64,000 nucleotides of DNA from positions 620,001-684,000 of the forward strand of contig JAMWBK010000008.1 of the NCBI GenBank assembly GCA_029953675.1, given 5' to 3'. The notes under the pieces were generated by a model. The model saw only the letters and a list, made by a program, of their open reading frames with translations, did no database searches and was not told the DNA's origin. This document shows, one piece after another, positions 53,136 to 64,000 of this stretch. The stretch comes from Rhodosorus marinus CCMP1338. Lineage: Eukaryota > Plantae > Rhodophyta. The first letter of the stretch is position 1, and every line of letters starts with the position of its first letter. Both the position numbers and the translations under genes were made by a program.

Positions 53136-53520
53136 CGAAATGTCATCGACATGGCGAAGTCTTAGTCGGACACTATGGTACAGGGTAGTCCACGTTCGAT
53201 TTCCCGAGCTGCACTCTACTATTGAGGGGTCCCCTTACCAAGAACTTTGCGCCCTATTGCATCACAAGCACGCCTCAAGAGTGTGTAACCTGCTCAGCTT
53301 GAGCATCGGTCTTAGGATAGTAGCAGCGCTCCGACGGGGTGTAACCCTCGGAAAGCACATTGCTCCTGCGAAGGTGGATTGCTTACCCTCCTCCGAAATT
53401 GCGTGCACTTGGAAAACTGAAGCCTATAAATTCATCAGCGATCTGAATCAGCTGGTCAGGCAGGGTATAAGCTCATTCGGAATGACTTTTGGCTTAAAAG
53501 GGATCTATTTAGGTTTGTAA
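53136..53520 (+). CDS. Possible F-box-like protein exon or relic
   Basis: Strong acceptor tttttttgcag, then EMSSTWRSLSRTLWYRVVHVRFP, which resembles the end of an F-box; the rest is unassigned. Confidence 0.3.
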
Positions 53521-54329
53521 ATGATCAGTTCCGGTTTGGTCTCAACTGATTTCCAGTTGGGCGCGGGAAGGAAAAAGTTTAATGATCTTTGCGTTGAGCT
53601 GAGCTTCCAGTTAATTTTCGTGAAGTGTGGAGGTCGAGTTCGTACTGATGGGGCTTCCTTCCGAGTGTGAAGATCATTCTGGACGTGGTCAATCATGCTC
53701 AGCGTGATCGCCCTGTCAATGGATGACAATGACTGTTGCCTGTTTGGGTTGAATGAGTACTATGACCAGACACTAGAACCCTTAGAAGGCTACGTTGAAG
53801 AAGGCGCTGCGTACTCGCGATGCCCCCCACAAGGAGGTTGCGCTAATCTTTAAAGCGTGGAGCAATGAACGCTCTGCTCTTGGGGTGTAGCCCGCAGCGA
53901 TGACAAATTCGTATTAGTCAGAGTTGGAAGAAGACAGGTCGAAAGCCCAGGATTGAGCCAGGCTTTCCGGGAGGATCCTTTCCCCAATGTGGATTGATTT
54001 GACTCTGTGCCAAGCTCTGAAAGGCGCAAGGCATAAGTTGAACTTTGCAACAACGAGCGCGCACAGTGCTAACATCGGTAGAAAGAGCGGTGTCTATGAG
54101 TCCTGGCGCAGCCATTGGGCAGCAACTCAGTCCTGAGAGATTCCACAGGCCATCCTTGAGTATTTCCATTCTCTTACACGAGGGAAGATGCAGGCGTTTG
54201 TTTTTGTTGGCTTTACACGACATCAAATGTACCAGTTCGTTCCACCCCTGCCGGAACATCTCAAAATCCTGGTTTGTTTCTGAGCGACACGAGTTTGCTC
54301 TGTACAAAATTCTCCAAGTTTCAATCATT

Positions 54330-55212
54330 TTACCTTTGTCTCTGCTTCCGCCACTTGTAGACTGCTGGCTCTTCAGTCCATGGATCCCTGGCCTTGACTT
54401 TTCTCTTTGCGCCTTTTCCTTTCAAGTGCTTCTCCATATTGATACTGAGTCCAAGCTTTGTCAGCCTCTGTTGGAGAACAAAACAAGAGACGATACAGCT
54501 GGTAAGGTGACGATTGACGAATATAACACCATATCTGGATCACGCTCGGACCGGATGCGAATAGCGGCACCGAAAAGTTCGTGCACATCAGACGTACCTT
54601 GGACCTCTTCATTCTGTCCGCTATTTCGGCGTAATCTCTTGCTTTCTCTTTCTCTGCAGTGGCTACGGACCCGTCACCTTTCTCCTGGAGAACGTATCTG
54701 TCCATGTCGCTCGTTCTCGGGCGGTTGAAAGACCGGTGGAGAAGCTCTCTGGGCACGTCGAAGTGTTGGGTCGCGTCAAACTCACGCTGTTCTTCTTCAT
54801 CCTCAACAAAAATCGTGTGCTGTCTTGTCGATCTTGCTTCTTTAGAGCTATCAAGGAAGTGAGCGCTGCACTTGAGTTTTTCCGACCTCGACTGGTCCAT
54901 CGCAGCCTTTGTGTAGACGTATGACATGTCCCGTGAGGACGCCAGCATGCTCTCCTCCGCCGTACGAACGCCGACTCCATCTTGAGTCTTCTCTCCAGCC
55001 TTTCCACGGATCATTCCGAAGTAGAACTCATCCGGGTTTTTGAACGCCGCTCGCTCTTTCAACGCGGTAAGTCTGTCCTGTTTTCGATGATAGTCCTTCG
55101 CACGCAGCTTATAATCTTTCTTCTTCTCCAACAGGCCCAGCTTCCCTCTAGAGGCGAGCTGGCTCCTCTCCCGGTGCTCTCGCCGGGGCATGGCATTTCG
55201 AAGCGAAGCCAT
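54330..55212 (-). CDS. UTP11: U3 snoRNP-associated protein 11, 2 exons
   Basis: RREHRERSQ..LGLLEKKKDYKLRAKDYH..AFKNPDEFYFGM; intron 54597-54468 gives the C-terminus VYKWRKQRQR. Confidence 0.95.
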
Positions 55213-56084
55213 CTCTCCCCAAACAAAAAAATCTCGCAGACCCCTTAAACCTCAGACTACCTTTAAAAAAAAAAACCCTGCCTACCGTGTACATGTACAA
55301 ACCGAATTGCTCAGGAAAATTTCCAGTAGTCTGAAGAAGCCGCTTAGCAGACCCTACAGAAGACCTCTTCAATCTCCACCGGCTACCTCGTTCCTTCCCC
55401 TCTGTACTCCCCTCCCACCCGAAAACCGGATTGAAACCACGTCGGTCGATATAATATTGATTGTATTCAATCTATATAGATAACGTTGTTTATGCTTCAG
55501 GGTCACCTTCTTGTGTCGATGAGCTTGTGGGCTCTCTTGGACGACGTGAAGCACGCTGCTGCTGTGCGGGTTATACCAGGTCACGAACTTCGGGATCTCG
55601 TGAAAGTTCAGTGGAAAATATTGGAGGGACTTTCTATTTTGGCCTCGCCCTGATGTTTTGAGCCAGCCCGGAGTATATCGTCTATAGCCTGCTTTGGATG
55701 ATTCGGTTCTAGGGTGAGCCAGCCATGACGGTAGCGGTCTCCATCGCGTGTCCAGCTCTCGCAGATGTGGTGCTTCTGGGTTCCCGAACTTTGGATCGAT
55801 TCCTTAACCCCCTGGGCGATTTGGAGGCCTCTTACCTTCGGGAATGTAAATTCCTCGGCATCTAAGCTCTTGTCGCAGGGTCACGTTCAATAGCGTTGAC
55901 GTGTTTTCCACATCTTCCCCGCTGATTCCCTGTAGGTACTAGTATGTCTCTTCTTACTCAGTGACGTTGAAGAAGCAGTTGGTCCTAAGCGCCTCCACCC
56001 AGGCATCCATCGTCAGCATTGCCATTCTATGCATGAGTCTAATGCTGTTCTAAATTTTCTCCTCTGGTTCGGTAACCGTGGTGG

Positions 56085-56114
56085 GTCGCACACTACTAAC
56101 TAGTAGTGTGCGAC
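56085..56114. repeat. Perfect 14-bp inverted repeat with a 2-nt spacer
   Basis: gtcgcacactacta-ac-tagtagtgtgcgac. Confidence 0.9.
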
Positions 56115-57218
56115 TATTCGTACAAATGTTGTAAAAGCGGTGACTTGAGCCGACCATTATTCCAAACCTAAATGTCTAAAAGCTTAAATGGAATCCTTTT
56201 GGCAATATCTGATGAAACTTTCTCGTTCCAAAATCGCCGGAGAAACACCAAAAACCGATCAAAACACAAACACACACACATTCCATCCAAAAATATGAAA
56301 CAAACTCATCAATTTATTCAATTCCTTTTCATTGCCGCCTTCCCGAAACTCTATGCGATTCGACGGTCAAGCTCACACCAATACGCAATAGACACAATCC
56401 ACTTAAGAGCTCACCCGTCTCAAGAATTTCAATTTTTGCCTTCCATACAAAATTTCCCTCTCTTCTCTTCATCTACTTCTCGGAATCCCTTCCCACTAGT
56501 CGACGTTTTGCTAAACGTCATCATCTCGCCATATCGAAAACCGATTAAATTGAGAGTGACAGTCTGTCATGGTCAGAAATAATCACGAATCAATCTCAGA
56601 CCCACAATTGTCAACAAATTCATTCATTTCATGAAAAAATATGCAGAACACATATTGATTGAATATGATGTGACACTGAACTGTTTGCGTGCCAGGGCGC
56701 AAAATGGCAACGCTAATCTCACTTTGAGTATCGTCGACAAAGTAGTCTGGACGATTCGTTAGTACGAAACACCAGCAAGGTACAATCCACAAAGAAGAAA
56801 TCAGTAGCACATCTTTCTTTCCAAGCCAGTAGCAGAAACTATGAAAGTCAGCTTGCAAAAAGCTACACACTGTCGAGTCAAACGTATTTCCAACACCGCA
56901 AGAAGTCATTTTCGATGGAGGAAGCCAAACACAATAATCTTTATAAGAGTCTGGCGGAGTTCAATCAAAATATGCTTTGGATTTGAGTTTGACTAATTAA
57001 TTGGAGGTATTCTGAGGTGTTAATGGACTGAATGGCATGGGTGACACTAATAAGGTTTTTTGTTTTTGACGTTCATTTCTCAACTGAAAAAGGTTGTAAT
57101 TTTTTTGGCTATATATACGGGCTGACTGTGGGCGTGAGGTTGCGGGAGGTCAGGTAGAAATGGAGAGGGCGGGTGTGTGAGATGAAGTGTATAAAAACTA
57201 TCTTGTTTTTGGAGTGAT

Positions 57219-60200
57219 ATGGGTCATTATTCCAGGTTTAGAGCGTCTCGGACTCCGGCGTACTTGGAGCGGATCATTCGTGAAGGTCGAAAGGACTGGT
57301 GGGAGATTCTGAGGTGGGTTTCCGCGTTCGGTGTAGGATGCATATTTGCGTTTATCGGGGCGTTTACGGCGCTTGGTTGTATAGGCCCAATTCTATACGG
57401 TGTTAGTTTTATATCTGCTCCGGATAGGACGGTGGGCGGCGTCATCAGAAATGCAGCCCTCATCTCTGTTTACTATATGCTGTATCCGCTCATAGCGTGC
57501 GCGGTCCTTGCTGTAGATGTAACATCATTGGCTGGAGCTCTTGTTCTGTACCTGGTGTTGATATGTCCGTTGGTGTACCTTAGCTATGACACGAGGCTCG
57601 GAGGTGGACCGAAGCTGGCCATCGGCTTGTCGGGACTGCTTTTCTTGAGGACTGATCGACCCGATACTGAGCAGATCGTTCGAATTCTCTGGACAAACAT
57701 CGCGAATGGATGTATCGCCACAGCGACGGTGATTTTTGTCACCATACTATTCGCTCCTACAAGAGCGATCAGGCAGATGAAGGCCGTGTGCTTGGTCAAC
57801 ATCCGAGAAATGTCCGAGCTTCTGTCGGACGATATGTCCACCCTCCTGAAGCCAAGGAATGCACATGAAGCAGATAGGAGAGGGGATTATTATGGGCTAC
57901 GGCCTATTGGGGAAGAAGAGGTTACTTCGAAAGAGTGGGATGAGCCTCCGAAGATCAAACCGTTTGGCTCCTTCAATTCGAAGTACTTGTCCAGGGTGCA
58001 AGCAGCTCGCAAGCTGCTCTCGACTTCTCTTTGGGAGCCAAACTTTCGAAACCCAAATCACCCGGATAGGTATCCGTTATGGTCTGAGTTGCTTGATCGG
58101 CTAGACGAGATTTCGATTGCCTACTCTGGGGTACGAAGTGCAATCGACTATGAGGATGTGAGGTCATGTACCGACGAAGGCGCGGAACTCTTCTTCGCGA
58201 ACGAACAAGACCGACTAATCTGGGCTGAGCTAACCGCCAGCGCAGTCGCGGTCCTTATGACCCTATACGAGTGGCTCGGTGGTGACGTTGGTGGTTCTCC
58301 GTTGAGCAGGGAAGATGAAGCTCGACTGGCCGAACTTAGCGGTAGGCTAGTTGAATTGAACAAGCAGGCTACAAAGCTTATCCCAAAACGCATTATGAGC
58401 AACTGGATGGACAACAAGCAACAGAAGGTAGAACCCGGGGTTGTGCGATCCATGCTTTTTGTGGCAACGTCCCTTGTACATCTTTCGGACACTACGATTC
58501 GAGCGAAAGAAACGATGGACAACCTCAGGGATATTCACAATGACCACCGTCCTGATAATGTACTAGGATCAGTGTTCCTCTGGGTTAAGCTTACGTTGTC
58601 GGTTGAGATTAACGCAATGCGCGAGAACATCCCAGACCTGAGCTCCCCGTCGGCGATCTTTAATTTCTTTCGGAGCTTTCGATTTCTGTATTTTTTGCGA
58701 TTCATGGCCATGATCATCCTGATTTGTTGCGTGGTGTTGTTCGGGATACCCGAAATCCGCGGCCTTAGAGAGACTGGGTGGGTTCTCTTTTCCGCCGTCG
58801 TCGTTCACCATCCCAGCACGGAGTCGACGTTGGTGTCATCGGCGCTCAGAATCGCCGGGACAGTGGCTGGATCGAGTTTGTCCGGGGCGTTCATGCTCTC
58901 ACCCGTTGCAGCCTCGAGTCCAGTGCTAATATCTGTTTTCTTGATCGGGATGGCAACGATTTTCATGATATTGCTGGCGACAATCCAGCCGCTCCAGAAA
59001 ATGCAATACGGCTTACTTCTTCTCATTCTGACCATATTCTTGGTTGCCCTGTGCCAGTATGTACCGTACTGTACGGCTGACTGCGCAGGTGACTTTGGCT
59101 ATGCGTGGACGCGAATGGTTTCAGTGCTCAGTGGAGTGCTAGTCTCTTTCCTTTTCCAGATATTGGTCTTCCCACGGTTTGCAGCGGATGATATTCGGGA
59201 GGGACTGTCTGCACTGCTCACGAAGGAGTTTGCTTCTTTTCATGAGCTTGTAGGGTACTATATGCACTCCCAGTCTATGTCAATGTCGCAGATCCCTGTC
59301 TCTGCGTCAAACGAAGGGATGTCCAAATCGAGGATGCCGAAGTCCGACTCAGGGGATCAACTGTCGAAACCAATCGCAGCAAGCAAAAAATTCGATGCGA
59401 ACGAGGCTCTGAAGTCACAGCGCACCGCGAGGGGAATCCTGACAGCGTCTAGCTCGGATGAAAACTTGGCTTCGTCCTCAAGTGGCAGTGGAGTTCTGAA
59501 CGGCGTTTTGAACCAGTCTCTTGCGAGGCCGATGTTTACTGGCGATGAGAGGTCAAGCATGATCGTAATGGATGTCAATTCAGGGCATGATCTTGTCGAC
59601 CAGTTGGATTCGGTTGCAGTGGAGCTTAGCAACATAGCCGCTCTGCTTATACAGACACCTGTGGTTACCGAACATCAATGTTTGCGCTTCGTAACTCTGG
59701 GAATATCATCCATCTTTCACAATTTGCTCAGGCTGCAGGAGTCAATATTCGTTTGCCTCGCTCTTCTTGCGATACTTCTGAGGAAGTCTGAGTTTGCGGG
59801 ATCTCAGCAGCTTCTTTCAAGTATGATGCTACCAGTGTTTAGGCGTATCCAAGAAGCACAGTACAGACTCGGCCATATGGTCAAAATATGCTCCACCGCG
59901 ATTCGCACGAAGCGTGTCTCAGTATTGTATCTTCAAATCTTGAAGGAAGCACAGGAATTTCTGGACGACTCAAGACTGGAGTATAGGCTCGAATTTCAGA
60001 ACAGTAGCAAAAAGCTACGACAAGCGGTTGAGGATAAGCTTGCGGATGCGAAGTTTCGAAACGTCGGTAAAGCCAGCGGTGATATGCCCACTGTTGATAT
60101 CGACTTTGTGCTCCTCAACTGCATCTTCTTCATGTCGTCAGCGTTGGCGGATAGCTTTGAGAGTGTTGCGCGGGAGTACTCTAAGTATGCGAAGACGGAG

Positions 60201-60266
60201 CTGGCAGTTTTTGCTCAATGGGGCGGCCTTCCGAAAGGTTTTGACGCCGAACGTTTTGAGTTGTAG
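57219..60266 (+). CDS. Intronless FUSC/ALMT (aromatic acid exporter)-like multi-pass membrane protein, 1015 aa
   Basis: Two TM bundles separated by helical soluble regions; WVLFSAVVVHHPSTESTLVSSALRIAGTVAG and RMVSVLSGVLVSFLFQILVFP resemble FUSC/ALMT motifs. Confidence 0.8.
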   Translation: MGHYSRFRASRTPAYLERIIREGRKDWWEILRWVSAFGVGCIFAFIGAFTALGCIGPILYGVSFISAPDRTVGGVIRNAALISVYYMLYPLIACAVLAVDVTSLAGALVLYLVLICPLVYLSYDTRLGGGPKLAIGLSGLLFLRTDRPDTEQIVRILWTNIANGCIATATVIFVTILFAPTRAIRQMKAVCLVNIREMSELLSDDMSTLLKPRNAHEADRRGDYYGLRPIGEEEVTSKEWDEPPKIKPFGSFNSKYLSRVQAARKLLSTSLWEPNFRNPNHPDRYPLWSELLDRLDEISIAYSGVRSAIDYEDVRSCTDEGAELFFANEQDRLIWAELTASAVAVLMTLYEWLGGDVGGSPLSREDEARLAELSGRLVELNKQATKLIPKRIMSNWMDNKQQKVEPGVVRSMLFVATSLVHLSDTTIRAKETMDNLRDIHNDHRPDNVLGSVFLWVKLTLSVEINAMRENIPDLSSPSAIFNFFRSFRFLYFLRFMAMIILICCVVLFGIPEIRGLRETGWVLFSAVVVHHPSTESTLVSSALRIAGTVAGSSLSGAFMLSPVAASSPVLISVFLIGMATIFMILLATIQPLQKMQYGLLLLILTIFLVALCQYVPYCTADCAGDFGYAWTRMVSVLSGVLVSFLFQILVFPRFAADDIREGLSALLTKEFASFHELVGYYMHSQSMSMSQIPVSASNEGMSKSRMPKSDSGDQLSKPIAASKKFDANEALKSQRTARGILTASSSDENLASSSSGSGVLNGVLNQSLARPMFTGDERSSMIVMDVNSGHDLVDQLDSVAVELSNIAALLIQTPVVTEHQCLRFVTLGISSIFHNLLRLQESIFVCLALLAILLRKSEFAGSQQLLSSMMLPVFRRIQEAQYRLGHMVKICSTAIRTKRVSVLYLQILKEAQEFLDDSRLEYRLEFQNSSKKLRQAVEDKLADAKFRNVGKASGDMPTVDIDFVLLNCIFFMSSALADSFESVAREYSKYAKTELAVFAQWGGLPKGFDAERFEL

Positions 60267-60406
60267 TTTTATTTATGGAGATAAACCCGAACGTAGTCGA
60301 GAACATGTTCTGCTCATCATTCACCATCTGAAGCTGGGTCCTTCAGGTTAGACTGTGTTGAAACTAGGTCGATATCTGCGTCGAAAACAGCTGTTTTGAA
60401 ACGTCC

Positions 60407-60877
60407 TCAAGAGCTTTGTTTAGTTTCTCTTGCTGACCTTTCATCACCCTTGCCCGCCGTTCTTGTTGCACGGAAGGTATGTGCTTCAAAACAGAATAGA
60501 TGCTTCAGCGCCTTCGATGCAACCCTTCTACAAGGGACATCTTTCGAAAGCGTCCGGTTTTGGAGGTTCGCTTCCAGACTAATCAGGACTTCGAGAGCAG
60601 GGACAAAGCTTGCGAGAGTACCACCATGTACTGAGCCATATTCCCGACGCCGGGGGGGCTTCCAATCTTCATCTACTGTGCACAGAAGGTTGTAGTTTCC
60701 ATGACGCACGGCAGGATAGCACAGCCAGTCTGTAGGGCAATGCTCCTAGGCACCAGGATCAGCAGATAGGTTGAAGTGTTCCATAGTCAAGTTGAGAACA
60801 CTGAGTTATCTTTCAAAGGGGAGGAAGCTTTTGATTATCTCGCCTATATTTGGATGTATGTCGTACAGTGAGGCCCT
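60407..60877 (-). pseudogene. Possible decayed F-box-like gene
   Basis: One frame reads SLYDIHPNIGEIIKSFLPFER*LSVLNLT..*..then 100 open codons; the F-box resemblance is by eye only. Confidence 0.2.
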
Positions 60878-62094
60878 AGCGAGGCACTATGAAGTAGCTC
60901 AAAGCTCTTGGCTATCAACCCAAATCCAGTGCGTCCTAGTTCCTCGGTTGTGAAGGCCTCAATTCCCCGCTGATTTTAAACCGTGCGTACGAATACCTAA
61001 GCACATCAAATTTCCTCCAAAAACATAAAGTTTCATCCAATCCAAAGATGTGAATCAACCCAAGCACAAAAAAATTCCCAAATATCAAAATTGTATACCA
61101 AGAACGGGGCATTTTGCAATAAACTAGAGAGAAGCTTCTACCCAATCAAAAGACGAGCAAATTGAGCAGATATATAATTCAAAATATTCAATAAATCGTT
61201 CGGTTCTCAAAATCGGATAATAAATCAGACTCTTTTGCCGATCATGTCCAACTAGCTAAAATATTCAAAAGTCACAACAATCGACCCCTCCAAAAAGGGG
61301 CCATGACTAGAGGTCTTCGTCGGGCGCTGTCAGACACACTTATCATTTATACGTCACGATAATACTCTAAACAATATAAATAGTGAAAAAACAAAATAAT
61401 AGTATCGATATAAACGACCAAAGCATTTCCTCAGCGCCCCTAAAGGAAAATTAAATTCTCCAGGCAAAAAAAATGAGGCACAAGGGTTTTTCGGATAAAT
61501 TGTTTTTATATATTTGTTCGGTTTTAGCCAAAAAAACACCGCCAACACGACAGAACCCCCGCGGGGGGTAACAGTGGCAGAAGAGCATCCCCCCTAAAAC
61601 AGGGCCGGGATAAAATAAATAGAAAACACTCCCTCCAGACTTGAATTCCACTGTCCGATAGCTGAAGTGGTTGGCTGCCTTTTACGAAATCAATCACTTA
61701 AATATTTTGCTCTGTTTTTTTTCTTTTTAATTAGGATCCTTTTAAATTTACTGTTTTCTTTTTTTTTGTTAAGGATTTGGGAAAAAATAGAGTTCTCCTT
61801 CGCTTCTGTTTTTGTGGCAGTGGATTTCGGTCAGAGAGCGAGAGAGCGAGAGAGAGTATACATCTGTCCTTATGAAGTTGGGGTGCAAGAGGGTGGGTAT
61901 GGGGGAGTGAGGGGGAGAGGGAGTCTGGTGGGTGAGTATGTTGAGAGGATAGTTATTTTGGTTAAGGAGGAAGGAGGGTTTATTTAGGGCAAATTTCTTG
62001 TTTCATGTGTATTTTGTGATTTTGGGAGGGGGTTGGTTGGGGAGGGTGGGGGAACGTGTGGGTGAGTTGGTGGTTTCGACGGGATTGGATTCCG

Positions 62095-63715
62095 ATGCTG
62101 TTGAAGTGTTGTGAGGATTTTAATTATTTTTCGCCTGATTCGAGTGGACAGAGGGTGCTGGTGAGAAAGCCGATGAGGGTGTATCTGCTTTATGGTTCGG
62201 GTGGAGGAGGGCATAAGGCCTCAGCGAATGCGCTGATGGATGTGCTTTTGGTAGGGCGTCTTTTTTTTGAACGATGGTGTGGGTGGAAAGTACATCGTGC
62301 TCACCGTTTTGTCTTGGTTTTTTTGACTTTTACTAGCAAAGGAACCCAGACTGGGATATTCGGACTATTAATATATCGCCCGCGGTTGGGGCAGAAGGGG
62401 GTGATAAGTTCTACAATCTGTGTATGGAAAAAAACTGGTCTTTGATAATTCCGTTTTTGCACAAAGCGGCGACCTTCTTTGCTCCATTTGTGCAGCCCTT
62501 GATCAAGAAGAGAATGCGAGACATGTGGTCGTCGATGCCAGAGGCGGATGTGATAGTTTCACTTGTCCCGTTCTTGAACCCCTCCATAATTGAAACTCAG
62601 CCGGGAGCGATTCACTTCACATTAATAACTGACTTCACACATACAGAAGGACATCCCTGGATACAAGACCACCGCCAGCACATATTGTGCGGTACCGAGG
62701 AATGTTACAAGCAGGGTATGTGCATCTGGGACTTGATACGCTAGAAACCTGCGCCAGAACATCGTGACTGAACTTGTTTTCTCAAATCCATTTGTTCGTG
62801 TAGGGCTTCAACTAGGACTGCCGGTTGAGAAGGTCACTAGAACGTCTGGAATGGTTATCTCACCTCGTTTCTATCAGAGTCTCGATAGGGCTGAGCTGAA
62901 AGAGATCTCCATGCAGTTGGATTTTCGTGTCAATTCCATCACGTCTTTGGTTTTCTTTGGTGGAGTGCCGCCTACTCATACCACGAGGCGCCTAGTGGTC
63001 GCCCTGTTGCGGAACGGGCACAACGTGATCGTTATATGCGGTAACAACGAAGGCCTCCTTCAAGATCTTTGCAAGTTGAAGGTACTGGCTATCCAACAAC
63101 TCGTTGACAACATCAGCGGGATTAACAGCAGTATTCTGACTTTTCTCGTTACTTCCGATTGCAGCTGAAATATCCGGAGCTTTGTCTCTATTTGAAAAAC
63201 TTCACGCGAGATGTGTCGACATACATGCAGTTGTCTGACGTCGTAGTTGGAAAACCTGGTCCCGGTGCCATCTCCGAGGCATTGGTTTCACGTAGGCCGG
63301 TTATCATGCTTGTCGAAGGTGGGGTTATCGATGACAAATTGTTTTTGGACCCTCACACTTGATTAGAGCAGCTATAGCCGCGCTTTTCTCACATGCGATT
63401 GAATCCTTGCGTGTCTTCTCTTTAGGTGGAAAAGTTATGGATCAGGAGCGATCTGTAATGAATTGGGTGGAGGAAAACAATCTTGGAGTTTCAGCCACGA
63501 AAGCGCAGGAAGCAGCTGAGGTTTCGAAAGAGAGGATTATGGAGATGCAAAGGGCGGTGGATGCTCTACCAGAGAATCGCGCGGTGTTTGAGGTGGCGGA
63601 AATTGTCGAAAGCGCTGCAAAAAATCGCCTACGAGAAAAGATGCGAACAGAAAAGCTTGCCCACGAAGTGGAGATTGATCTAGATATACAGGACAAGAAT
63701 GCTCTTACCACATAG
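62095..63715 (+). CDS. GT28 glycosyltransferase, MGDG-synthase/diacylglycerol glycosyltransferase-like, multi-exon
   Basis: YGSGGGGHKASANAL, LITDF, ICGNNEGL, DVVVGKPGPGAISEAL, QERSVMNWVEENNLG and NRAVFEV motifs; four GT-AG introns; start uncertain. Confidence 0.85.
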
Positions 63716-64000
63716 TATGTGTGGGAACACCGGGAGAGAAAATCAACTACCAATAGTCAGGGTCACGAAGTGGAAGAGCAGAGGGGAGGCTCTGTTGTGG
63801 GCTGAGCAAGTCCCAAATGCGCCATCCTCCAAAATCGACGGGAGAGAAATACACGCGTAACTCCTTATTTAGCTCATCAGCCGCTCAGAATTCGACGGGC
63901 TTCACTGCCCGTGCTTATCGTGTCGGTTTCGTTTCCGGCACTGTGGTTACGCCATAACGATTCTAGTTCATTTTATACTCGAATACGTTTTCATTGCCGG

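Noticed and set aside
54045-54728. 227-aa plus-strand ORF
   Set aside because: Largely an antisense shadow of UTP11.

Overview
Gene-dense eukaryotic nuclear DNA with short GT-AG spliceosomal introns (branch sites like CTAAC/CTGAC). A nuclear-encoded sigma-70 factor and an MAFV-type plastid transit peptide suggest an alga, most likely a red alga; this is inference, not a database result. Spliced genes reconstructed by hand: SAPS/PP6 regulatory subunit, MET1/ZKT-like PDZ protein, SARAF/TMEM66, NIPA Mg2+ transporter, HAD-like protein, plastid sigma factor, PPR protein, START/DUF2505-like protein, Cys-rich type II membrane protein, sterol C24-methyltransferase, UBC4/5, PH-domain CaMKK/SnAK-like kinase, Utp11 and a GT28 glycolipid synthase-like enzyme. 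Intronless genes: small Tim chaperone, a FUSC/ALMT-like transporter and three C2H2 zinc-finger genes. The strongest novelty candidate is those three zinc-finger genes, which share a roughly 250-aa N-terminal domain that I cannot assign to a known family. Also notable: a sigma factor lacking the canonical region 4.2 motif, a PPR frameshift that no canonical intron explains, several structured tandem repeats, and a strand skew marking 5' ends that also points to unannotated units. I found no rRNA, tRNA, CRISPR array or intact transposon. Exon boundaries were read by eye; some gene ends are approximate.
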